DNA of 64,000 nucleotides from Vairimorpha necatrix (Eukaryota): NCBI GenBank assembly GCA_036630325.1, contig CP142735.1, positions 248,001 to 312,000 of the forward strand, read 5' to 3'. Shown piece by piece: positions 52,312 to 63,014 of this stretch (position 1 is its first letter; each line of letters starts with the position of its first letter). The notes under the pieces were generated by a model. It saw only the letters and a program-made list of their open reading frames with translations, ran no database searches and was not told where the DNA came from. The position numbers and the translations under genes were made by a program.

Positions 52312-55300
52312 TATGATATCCTAAATATCATACGATATGTTTACTAACATTTCCCTCCAAATTTGACATCTTTCCCTCCAAGTCCACTACTTTTCCCTCC
52401 GATAAATATTTAAACATTTTATCCATCCAGGGGTACGAGATGAATAAAGAACAGGAAACAAGAAGAATAACCAATACGGTTAACAAACAAATAAATATTA
52501 ATATTCTTGACATGTTCTTAAGTGGTGGATACCACAAGTTAAATTTAACCAAGCTGTATCCTAAACTAAACAAAAGGATAAAAACTGAATCTATCAAAGA
52601 AATGATCAGCTTTGAAGTCAAAATCAAAGGCCTAAAGGAGCCAATTATTAAACAATTAGAAAAAGTGAAATATATTGAAAAAACCAACATGTTAAAATGG
52701 TTTAAAAAATTTGAAGACATTAGCAATAAACTAGAATGGAACGATGAAGAGAATCTAATAGTACTGCAGAATGTAATTGAAGGTTATGAAAATCAATATG
52801 GAAATGATGCTAAGACGTACGCGAAATTAAAGGAAGAGATCTTAAGTATAGCCTATCCAAAAAACCTATTCTCTTCGGCGGGTGTAAGAGTGCTAGAAAT
52901 AAAACAGACTAATTATGACCTAATAGAGGAGATGATTACGGAAATTCAGACCAAATTAGAAGTGGCGTCGTATCTAGAAAAATATACTAAGAATGAATAC
53001 GAAAGAAGATTTAATGAAGTATGCCTAAATTCGTTAACAGAGGCCACTAAAGATTATGTTATGAAAGCTGGTGTAAAGAACGTCAAAGAAATTATACACT
53101 TACTAATAACTCTGGAGAAGGAACTAATCGCTAGAATACATAGTGATTTAGATCGAGCCAGAAGTACCTCGACCGACGTTAGAGAACCAATGCTACGAAA
53201 TGAAATGAATCGATGGTGTAGCTTGCATAGGTCAAGAACACATAACACTAGTGACTGCTTTAGTAGGAATAAAAGAAACGAAGATAGGAGTAGCAAAATA
53301 AAGAAAGAGGAATTTAAATCCAATAAAGATATTACGTTTTCCCATTGTAAAGTAATTTTAAAAGAAAAATCCGAGTATCTAACAGTAAAACTACCCGTGT
53401 ATATTAACGGCCAGACTGTAATCGCCATATTGGATACGGGCTGCACTAAAAACCTAGTAAGCGTAGACAAGGTGAACCAACTAGGGATCACTACGAGGAA
53501 GGGCATCGGAGTAAACTTTATATTTGGTAACGGACACCAGGAGATGTCAGGAGGGATTATAGAAGAAAACATTCGAATAAGCAGTCTAAATATTGAAACC
53601 CCAACAAGACTGCACGTAATAAGAGAACTATCGGCCGACATAATCTTGGGGGTAGAATTCTTAAGTGAGAATCAAATCATCCTCAACTTTGCCACCCAAA
53701 CAATCTGTAATAACCAAAGGATTATCAATATGGTTAACGGATTACCACTTCCATACGAGGAAAACAGAGATTTACTATTGCAAAGATGTTTTGCCATAAA
53801 CGAAAAGAATGTCAGCACCGAGAACACCTCGAAGATATTAAAATACATGAAAAACAATGAGTTATTCAAAGAGATGAAAATCAAGAGAATTGCATTTGAA
53901 CTGAGCAACAAAGGGAACTTAAGACTGACAAATAAAAAATACACGATCCCACACAAGTACCTTGATGCAACTAAGCAGGAGATAAAAAGACTGTTGAAAG
54001 AGAAAATTATCAAATACAGTGAAAGTAAGTACAGCAGCCCCGCATTCGTCATTGCCAAGAAAAATAACGAAATAAGGCTAGTAGTAGATTATAGGGAATT
54101 GAACCAAAATATAGTTGATGAAATGGATTTACTACCTAAGATAAAAGATATGATGAACGAGGTCAAGGGTGCAAAGTATTTCACTAAAATCGACCTAAAA
54201 ACGGATTCAATCAGGTACCCATAGAAGAAAATTCCATGAGTCTGACCAGTTTTAAAATTTTAGGAAATGTTTACAAATATACAAGAATCCCATTCGGCAT
54301 TAAATCAGGCCCCAAACTATTTCAAAGAACGATAAATAAAATATTGGCAGAGATACCCAATGTAGTAGTATATATTGATGATATTTTAATATACACCTTA
54401 ACCAAAGAGGAACATAATACGATTTTAAACCAAGTACTAGACAGATTATCCAGTTATAAAATAAAAATTAACTTCGAAAAGAGTATATTTGCGGTTAAAG
54501 AAGTCGAGATGTTAGGCATGATTATAAATGAAAAGGAAATAAAGCCTAATGTAAGTAATATAGGTAAAGTATTAGTAAAGTTAGATATAACAAAACGACG
54601 GGAGCTACAGAAAATCCTAGGAATCTTAAACTGGTACAGAGAGTTTGTGCCCAATTTTAGTGCCAAAGTCATGAATTTAACTGATAAACTGAAGGGAGCT
54701 GAGCAAAAGATAGAATTAACAGAGAGCGAGAAGCAAAATATACGGGCCTTAGTCAATGAAATTAAGGAAAATGGAAAACTGGTGGCCCCGAAATATGAGG
54801 AAGAATTTTGTCTACAAACTGATGCATCAGAGAAAGCCATGGGAGCGGTATTGTTTCAACAACACGGATGCATAGGTTATTACAGCAAGAAATTTACCGA
54901 CGCCGAAGCAAACTACACAATTGTCGAAAAAGAAATGTTCGCAATATTGCAAAGCCTAATATTCTTTAAAGGAATTGTCATGGGATACCCAGTTAAAGTT
55001 ATGTGCGATAACAGAAATTGCCTATTTGATGCCAAAAATAATAATAGCAGAATGATAAGATGGAAGATGATGCTCAATGAATATAATCTTACACTAGAAG
55101 GCATAGAGGGAAAAAGAAATGTAATTGCGGATCATCTATCACGGTCGCCCACAGAAGAAATATTACAAATTAAAACAGACAATGAAAAGGAAGTAAAGGA
55201 AGTATGTAAGGAAACCTTAGGTGTTCCGGGAACTAAGAAAAACGACAAACTACACATAAAGTCTAGTGAAAGTGAAAATTTTATTAAAAGCATGCATTTA

Positions 55301-56417
55301 AAAAGCAAGCATGCAGGAATGTTTGTTTTATATTATAACTTGAAAGATTATTACTATATATACAAAATGAAAGAAATTATTAAAAGGGTAGTCAGCAGTT
55401 GTCAAAACTGTAAACATAACAAAAAATTTAGCTATCACAAACTCGAAGATAAAATGGGAATCACAGCCAAAACACCGTTTGAAAAAATATGTTCAGATAT
55501 ATACGGTCCATCAAGGATAAACAATAAAAAATGGTTCATATTGACGATCATCGACGTTTATACCAGATATACAAAGGTGTATAAATTAAGAGAAATCACA
55601 AACAATAGAGTGGTTGAGTGTTTTGAAAAATGGTGCAGGGAGTTCCATTATCCTAAAACTATAATTACAGACAACGGAACACAGTATACAAGTAATCTAG
55701 TTAAAAACTTTGCAATTGAAAATAATATAAATCTCATACATGTACCAAAATACCACCCACAGAGCAATGGCATCTGTGAGAGAACAAATACCACTATATC
55801 GGAAATAATCAGGTTATACAAATCAGAGCCGCTTGAGAAAATACTAGAAAACATCGAAATTAGATTAAATAAAAACTTCAGAAGATCAATAGGCTGCGCC
55901 CCGGAAGAGCTAGTCACGGGGAATAATCAATTTGACCCTAAAGGAAGAGTGCGGCTTAAGAAGATAACAAAGACCGCGAAGAAGAATCTGGAGAATAAAA
56001 AGATCAAGAAAGTAAAAATCGGAGATAAGGTGTATGTAAGAAACTTTCTAGCTAAGAAGTGGGAAAAGGCGTTCACGGGACCATACCTAGTAGAATCAGT
56101 TGGTAAGAATGGCAGGTGGTTCAAAGTCAAAGGAGTCTACGAGTGGATTCACATTGCCGACACCAAACTCTAAAATGATGGGAGAGGCAGATTATGATAT
56201 CCTAAATATCATACGATATGTTTACTAACATTTCCCTCCAAATTTGACATCTTTCCCTCCAAGTCCACTACTTTTCCCTCCGATAAATATTTAAACATTT
56301 TATCCATCCAGGGGTACGAGATGAATAAAGAACAGGAAACAAGAAGAATAACCAATACGGTTAACAAACAAATAAATATTAATATTCTTGACATGTTCTT
56401 AAGTGGTGGATACCACA
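52312..56417 (+). mobile_element. Ty3/Gypsy element K, near intact and the youngest layer of its nest
   Basis: 225-bp LTRs at 52312-52536 and 56193-56417 appear identical, with TA...CA termini. TSD GTCGC, PPT GGGAGAGGCAGA. Palindrome GTTAAATTTAAC at 52538-52549 in place of a PBS. Confidence 0.95.
52440..56173 (+). CDS. Gag-Pol of K with a single frameshift in an A-run near 54196-54200 (ORFs 52440-54224 and 54236-56173)
   Basis: WCSLHRSRTHNTSDC, ILDTGC, YIDD, TDAS, HLKSKH..CQNC, TDNG and GPY motifs. Confidence 0.9.
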
Positions 56418-56422
56418 GTCGC

Positions 56423-57225
56423 ATATGGTAAAAACGGAAATTAATAAATGTCTAAGATGTAAGATGTACAATCCACAAAGAGGAAAAAAATTTATATTTG
56501 TGACAGCATACGAACCTGGCGAAAAGGTAGCTGCCGATATTATAGGACCAATCAATGGAAGCTATATAATTACGGCGATCGACTATTTTACAAGGAAAGC
56601 ATGGGCTAAAGTCATTACTACTAGAGAGAGTAATAAGCTAGTGAAATTTTTTGATGAAGTTTATAATGACATAAAGATTAAAATACTAATTCTTGATCAG
56701 TCAAAAGAAAATTTGAGTATTGAGGTAAAACAATGGGCAACGAGAAATAATGTTCGAATTCATTATATTTCCCCTTTTCATCACCAATCAAACGGAAGAA
56801 TAGAAAGATTTAATAGGACAATACAGGAAGGTATATATAAAGATAATAGTTTTGGAAATTTGAAGACAAAAACTAAGCGTGTACTAGATGTATACAATAA
56901 TGTTAGACACTCCGCTCTTGGCATGTCGCCAGACGAAGCATGTAATCCTAAGAGAGCTCAGGAGATTAAACTAAAACAATTCGAAGAAATCGTAAAATTT
57001 AACCAACGACAGAAGAAAAGAGGAGCTGAATTTATTTTTAAAGAGGGAGATAGAGTTATAATTAGAAGAGAAACCGATTTAACAAAGGGAAAACCTAGAT
57101 TTGAATCGCAAGGTATAATTATTAATATTTTAGGAAATAATTCTTATAACGTTAAGGTCCATAATAAAACTATAAAGCGACATGGCTCGCAACTTAAGCT
57201 AATAGTAGAGGATTATTTTGAATGA
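56423..57225 (+). CDS. Integrase part of the J polyprotein
   Basis: CLRC, ADIIGP, LDQSKEN and SPFHHQSNGRIER motifs. Confidence 0.9.
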
Positions 57226-57816
57226 GGGGGATGTTGAGTGAAATAATAATTATTTATAGCCCCTATTCTAGAATAAATGTTTAGTGTTAAAAGTATTTCT
57301 CTCAGCAAAAAGGCGAAACAGGCATTTGAAGACGTAAAGAGACAATAAGATACAAGATTAATCTCAGGAAACCGTTTATACTGACTACAGATGCGTCAGA
57401 GCATGGAATAGGCGCGATCCTCTCACAGATTAGAGATGATGGGAAGGAGCACTTCGTAAGTTCATTCAGCAAAAGTTTAGAGAAAGCCCATAAGAACTAC
57501 TCTACAACAGACAAAGAACTCTTGGCCGTTGTAAAAGGCATCGAGAACTATAGACACCATCTCCTAGGTAGAGAGTTTATTTTGAAGACGGACCACAAAG
57601 CCCTGACTTATCTATAAGAAGCTAAGAACCCGACCAGTAGATTGCTGAGGCGGGCAATGAAGTTGCAGGAGTATGCATTTCAATCAACCTACATAAAAGG
57701 AGAGGTTAACGGAGCAGACGGGTTAAGCAGACAACCCCCGACAGAGAAAGATATAAATATAATCGAAGCAACAGGACCAAGCGATGAAGACAGACACAAG
57801 ATCTCAGAATCCTACC

Positions 57817-60401
57817 TGGCGTGTTTACCGGGGAGCTTGCCTGTAGCAAGAAAGCATTCAATGATGCTACGGTTTGGGGAGCCGTGAAAACCGGAGTTAA
57901 AAGAGTTAGAGTGAAGGATTGTTTATTGTTATGGAAAGAGTTTTGTTTATCTGATTTGTAGAAGGAAGAGTATTTGTAGTTGTTCTGATGTTGTACCATA
58001 TTTGTTCATGGAATTTCTTTATTTATATACATGGTAACCAATAGGAAGAAATAAGATTTGGCGGACCAATAATAGTCGACCATAACTGATCGTTCCGAAG
58101 AAGCATCAGCGTTTAAGTATTAATTGGTTTTTAACAATCATGTGGTATGATCCATTATACCACATACTGGCCTCCTTCAGAACTTCAAATTTCGAATGTG
58201 CGTCCACGTTTTTTCATCTTTAAGTCTTAACCAATTCCCTTTAGATCCTACTTCTTCAATTAACCTTTTTGGTCCATATTTGCGATCAAGTTTAGAGGCG
58301 CTCAAATTACTTTTATAAACTGTATCTCCTTTCATGAGAGGTGGAATATGCTGAAAAATTTTTGCTTTGGTGTGTATGTCTGTGGCTTGTTTTCAATGTC
58401 ATAGAAATCTCGCTTATTGGCTATAATATATGGAGATGTTCGAATTCCTCTATTATAGTTTATGTTTAAAGTTTCCTCGGCCATTTTAACTGTTTTTAGT
58501 ATACTTTGATTTTTATTAATGGATAGTATAAACGCGATGATCTGATTTATTCGCTCTGAGATTTCGTTAGATTTGGGTGTATATGTAGGTATCAATATAT
58601 GATTTATTCCTACTTCTTTGAAATAGTTCTTTAGTGCTGAGGACGTGTATTGCCTGCCGTTATCTGATATTACGTGCTTAGGCTGTTCTTTTATTTTTGT
58701 CCAATAATCTATCGACTCGATTATTTGTCTTGTTTTAATAGATTTAAAGAAAAATAATTTACTTTCTCTTGAAAATATATCTGATATAGTCAGGATATAT
58801 CCTGTCTTTTCCTCGGGAGTTGAATTGTCTTTTTGTTCGTAATATTTGAACGGTCCAAATATGTCTGTTGAGATTCGTTCATATAGTTTTGGAGATTCCA
58901 TTTTTGCATTTTGTTGGTGTTTATTATTGATAATCTTGTAATGTCTACATATTTTTCATCTTTTGACCACTTTTGTTATGTGTTTTACTATTTTACTTAT
59001 GTGAAAGTATTTTTTAATGTTATTATATATCGTTGATATACCTCTGTGACCTGAAATTTCGTGAATGGTTTTTAAAAATTGTGAAATATAATTTTGTTTG
59101 ACAATATATTTTCCGCTTCGATTTTTAAGCAACTTCTCGTTTTTATAGATGCATGATTCTTTGACAGAATTTTCATATTGGGCTCTTAGAGATGCTGGTT
59201 GGATTATAAAGCACCGTGAAAATGTGTTTGCTGCTACATTGTTTTTTCCTAAAATTTTAATTCCATCGGATGTATTCGTTTTTATTTCAGTAATTAGTAA
59301 ATTCTTTTTATGTTCTTTATCATTCCTATGCAGGGAACAGTCCTTTGTGTTATGAAATTTCGATTGGTGATACTTACACCATTTTTTGTTTAAAAAGGTT
59401 TTTTGTTACTTTAGAGCCAGATATCGTGGTTGCACAGTATTGTTTAGCGTCTGTCAATTGTGCTATGATGGTTTCTTCCAATTCCGATAAAAAATTAATT
59501 ACTTCTTCGAATGAAGCCGTTTTAAGTCGTTGGTCTGTAATTTTTATTGTGGTGTGTGTACCTAGACCTTTAAAGAAGATTTCTTCTTGTTTTCTTTCTA
59601 CCTCCTTCCTAGTCAATTCATTGACATGTATATATCCTTCTAGTTCTTTTAAAATTTTCTCCATATATTCGTTTATGGTTTTATAGTCCGTCTGCTCGAT
59701 TTTATCTATTTTATTGGAAAGTATTCTGCATTTAGTTTTTGGGTAAATTATGTCAAGAAGCTGTTTTCTTAGAGCAATATAGCTATTCTTAGCAAGTTTT
59801 TCTTTGTACATGCTATCGTAAATTAAACTATGGTAAATTTGTCCTGCTTGGGAGTCGTTCCACTTGTTAAAATTATAAAGTGTTTCAAAATCATTTAGAT
59901 TTCTGAGCGAAAGTTCTGTTTTAATATTATAGATTTTTTGAATGTGCTCTCTGATGGTAGTTTCGGTTCCTTCTACGGTTCGTGTGAATTCAGCGTAGAA
60001 ATGTTTATTTTCAGATAAGAACTCTTTTTTCGTATAGCCATTTGAGCTCAAATTGGCGTGTTTACCGGGGAGCTTGCCTGTAGCAAGAAAGCATTCAATG
60101 ATGCTACGGTTTGGGGAGCCGTGAAAACCGGAGTTAAAGAGTTAGAGTGAAAGGATTGTTTATTGTTATGGAAAGAGTTTTGTTTATCTGATTTGTAGAA
60201 GGAAGAGTGTTTGTTATTGTTCTGATGTTGTACCATGCTGTTCATGGAATTTCTTTATTTATACACATGGTAACCAATAGAAAAGAAATAAGATTTGGCT
60301 GACCAATAATAGTCGACCATAACTGATCGTTCCGAAGAAGCATCAGCGTTTAAGTATTAATTGGTTTTTAACAATCATGTGGTATGATCCATTATACCAC
60401 A
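57817..60401 (-). mobile_element. Ty3/Gypsy element L, internally deleted (gag joined to the RH end and IN; no PR or RT)
   Basis: 348-bp LTRs at 57817-58164 and 60054-60401, TSD CTACC. CHHC knuckle WCKYHQSKFHNTKDC (frameshifted), IN 58332-58901, palindrome ATTTGAGCTCAAAT at 60040-60053. Confidence 0.92.
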
Positions 60402-62106
60402 CTACCATCTAGACGTTAGACATGCTGGCGCCAGTACGATGAGCTTCATAATTGCTTAGAGGTACAAATGGGCAGGAATGCATAAGGACATCGAGGAACA
60501 CGTAGAAAAGTGTAAAAGGTGTTGAAATAGGGATATCCATTACGAAACACAAAAAACAAAGTTATACGATCAGAAAGACCATACCAAATATGGGTGATAG
60601 ATCTCAAAGGCCGCATATGCGAAAATTCGGGTCGAAATAGCTTCATATTCGTTGCTATTGACCACTATTCTAAATGGGTCGAGACGGCCGTGATCAACTA
60701 TAAAACAGGTTCGACAATAACGAGTTTAATTAAGAAATTATTTATCGAGATACATGGCATTCCAGAAAGAATCTTGACTGACAACGGGCTAGAATTTATA
60801 AATTCTGACATCAAAGACCTGGCCGAAAAGAACGGCATTGACTGGAAATACAGTTCACCAGAACATCACGAAACTGTAGGCGCAGTAGAAAGAGCGAATC
60901 GGACGTTAATGAAGATACTAAATAAACTTACAGATTTCGGAAGGATAAGCTGGAAGAACAAGCTTGAGGAAGCCACGAGATGCCTCGACCTGAACTATAA
61001 TCGGAGCATAGGATCATCCCCGTTCATGTTAAGGGAGAATAAATTGGCGATGCTGCCAGTAGACAAAGCGTTAGACAAGTAAGAAGTGACATTCTCAGCG
61101 GAGGAAACGAAGAGTAAGAGCGATAAAACCTTCGAAAAGTACAAAAAAGCTATCGTGAAAGAAAAAGTAGAGGTGGCGAAAAAGCAAAATGTGGGCGAAA
61201 GTTTTAATATATCGTGAGAACAAAGGCGGGAAGTTCAAGTGCAATTGGGAAGATGGATACGTGATCACAGAAATAATTTTACCCGATGCCTATATGGTAA
61301 AAAAGAATGGAAAATAAAGGTTTAACAAAACACGCGTTAAAGCAGATACTTCAATTTAGGGGGAGAGGTGTCGTATCCTTCTATAAAAATTATATATTTT
61401 CCCCCCATGCAATTCGTAAATAATAAAGCATTTGACAATTCTTCCGATCATCATTGGCCTGTTTATTATTTCGATTTACCCTACAATCCAAGCTAAATGT
61501 CCCGGCCTTCTGCATCTAAAGCATGTATTTGGTTGGTTCTGTTTAGTAAGTCTTAAACCAGCCAACTGGATATTCAATAATGCTTCGTTCTCCATCTCAT
61601 TTAATATTTCGTAAAATTCTTTGTTGATCTCATATTGGATCGCAAGATAAATTTTAATCATTTTTAACTTTTCATCTACTCCTGATCTAATAATTTTTCT
61701 TCTGTCAAAACTGGAAATTCTATTTTCATTACATTTAGAAACTACATCTTTGATAAAATCAACAACTTTTTGTTCTTCCTTTTGCTTCATATTGTAAATG
61801 TCAAAAAGCAATGTTTTATTCTCAAATTCTTGTTTCACTTCATTTTTCCAGATTTCAAACGTTAAAGAGGCTTTTTTTTATCTTTAAAAGTCCTACAATG
61901 CCAATCTAAAATATGAGAGTTAAGTCTGCTTATAAAAAAATCATACTTCTCCACATTGGTCATTTTTGCCCAACTACTCAGTGTCTCTGCTCTTATAATT
62001 TCTACAATTATATTGTCTTTGTTTATTTCGTTTTTTATATTCTCCACCATAAACATATTTATTCTAAAAATTATGGGTATAAAATATAATTTTTTAAATT
62101 TCAACA

Positions 62107-63014
62107 AGAACAAAGTCACGTAGATAAAATTTTATAATTTAGTTTGTTTAAACATTTCCTTGTACTTCTCAATTCTATTTTTAAAATGTCTTTTTTAGTA
62201 GTTCTAGGTTTTCCAGATTCAATGCCTCTTTGGGTGTTAAGTTTGTAGCTCTATGACGAATGTTGTTGTAACTATCATGTAAATTTTCAACTCGTTTTAA
62301 TAATCTTATCGTTTTCTCTTGTTTGTTTACGCCTTCGCCCATCGTTCTATTAAAACGTTCTATTCTACAGTTTGAGCAATGATGGTATGGAATAGTTATG
62401 CGATGTTTAATCTTTTTTTCTATCATCCAATTTCTTAAATAGTCACTACTATTTTCTTTAGCTGCATCGGAAACAAATGTCTTCGCGTTAAAATTCTTAT
62501 TAACTTTTTCCAAGAATATTAATAAATTTGTGATTGTTTTATTTTTAGATACTTTTGCTACAGCGTATCTCGAAAAGTAATCTATTGCTGCAAAGATATA
62601 AGAGTTTTCTATTGGACCTATAATGTCGAAAGCCACCTTTTCTCCAGTTTCAAAGCTTCAATGTGTCTATATCTTGTTATTCTTATAGGGTTATATTCTT
62701 TACACTTTAGACATTCTTTAATAGTTTCTTTTACTTCTGCTAATTTAATATTTTTATCTGGCCCACTTTTACATAAGTACTCGTAAGCGCCCTTGGCTCC
62801 TCTATGGACCAGTTTTTCATGAGCTTTTACTATACTCTCTTTATTAGAAGTCCTATTTATATTATTTATCACTTTGTGTTGGCGTGATAACGCATCAACA
62901 TGTGCCAATTCAGTTGGTTTCTTATATTTGATCTCAAAGTCATACATCTGGATCCTTTCTATCCATCTAATGATTCGTGATAATTTAATTTCTCCTTTTT
63001 GGTTAAGGGTTTCT
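62107..63014 (-). mobile_element. Gypsy element M fragment (RH end + IN), cut by element H and Merlin 4
   Basis: HVDALSR, HEKLVH..CLKC, FDIIGP and VSDA motifs. Confidence 0.8.

Larger units (their letters stand above)
49839..57283 (+). mobile_element. Ty3/Gypsy element J with 52-bp LTRs (3334 bp net); hosts K
   Basis: Identical LTRs 49839-49890 and 57232-57283 (TG...TA), TSD GTGTT, PBS TGGTGGAGA, PPT GAGGGGGA. Confidence 0.95.
47887..61437 (+). mobile_element. Ty3/Gypsy element I with 69-bp LTRs (~3.5 kb net), degenerate; hosts J(K) and L
   Basis: LTRs 47887-47955 and 61369-61437 (TG...CA), TSD ATTCT, PBS TGGCGACAGC, PPT AGGGGGAGAGG. PR LIDTGA, RT relics, RH at 57289-57816, IN at 60407-61360. 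Confidence 0.92.
44190..62106 (-). mobile_element. Ty3/Gypsy element H (short-LTR family), degenerate; hosts Merlin 3 and the I/J/K/L nest
   Basis: 57-bp 5' LTR at 62050-62106 with PBS TGGTGGAGA. Gag 61443-62056 (CFRCRRPGH) resumes at 47881. RT YVDD (45399-46079), IN 44241-44807, PPT GAGGGGGAA and a diverged 3' LTR at ~44190-44232. No TSD verified. Confidence 0.8.

Noticed and set aside
54190-54236. Programmed ribosomal frameshifts in K (also E ~28625, Ginger ~7978, Merlin 4 ~63630)
   Set aside because: The shifts fall inside conserved domains at A homopolymers, not at gag/pol junctions. Indel mutation or sequencing error is more likely.
53054-54840. Long antisense ORFs opposite gag-pol (also 9961-10611, 50009-50407 and others)
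   Set aside because: Shadow ORFs from codon bias of the sense frame, with no motifs.
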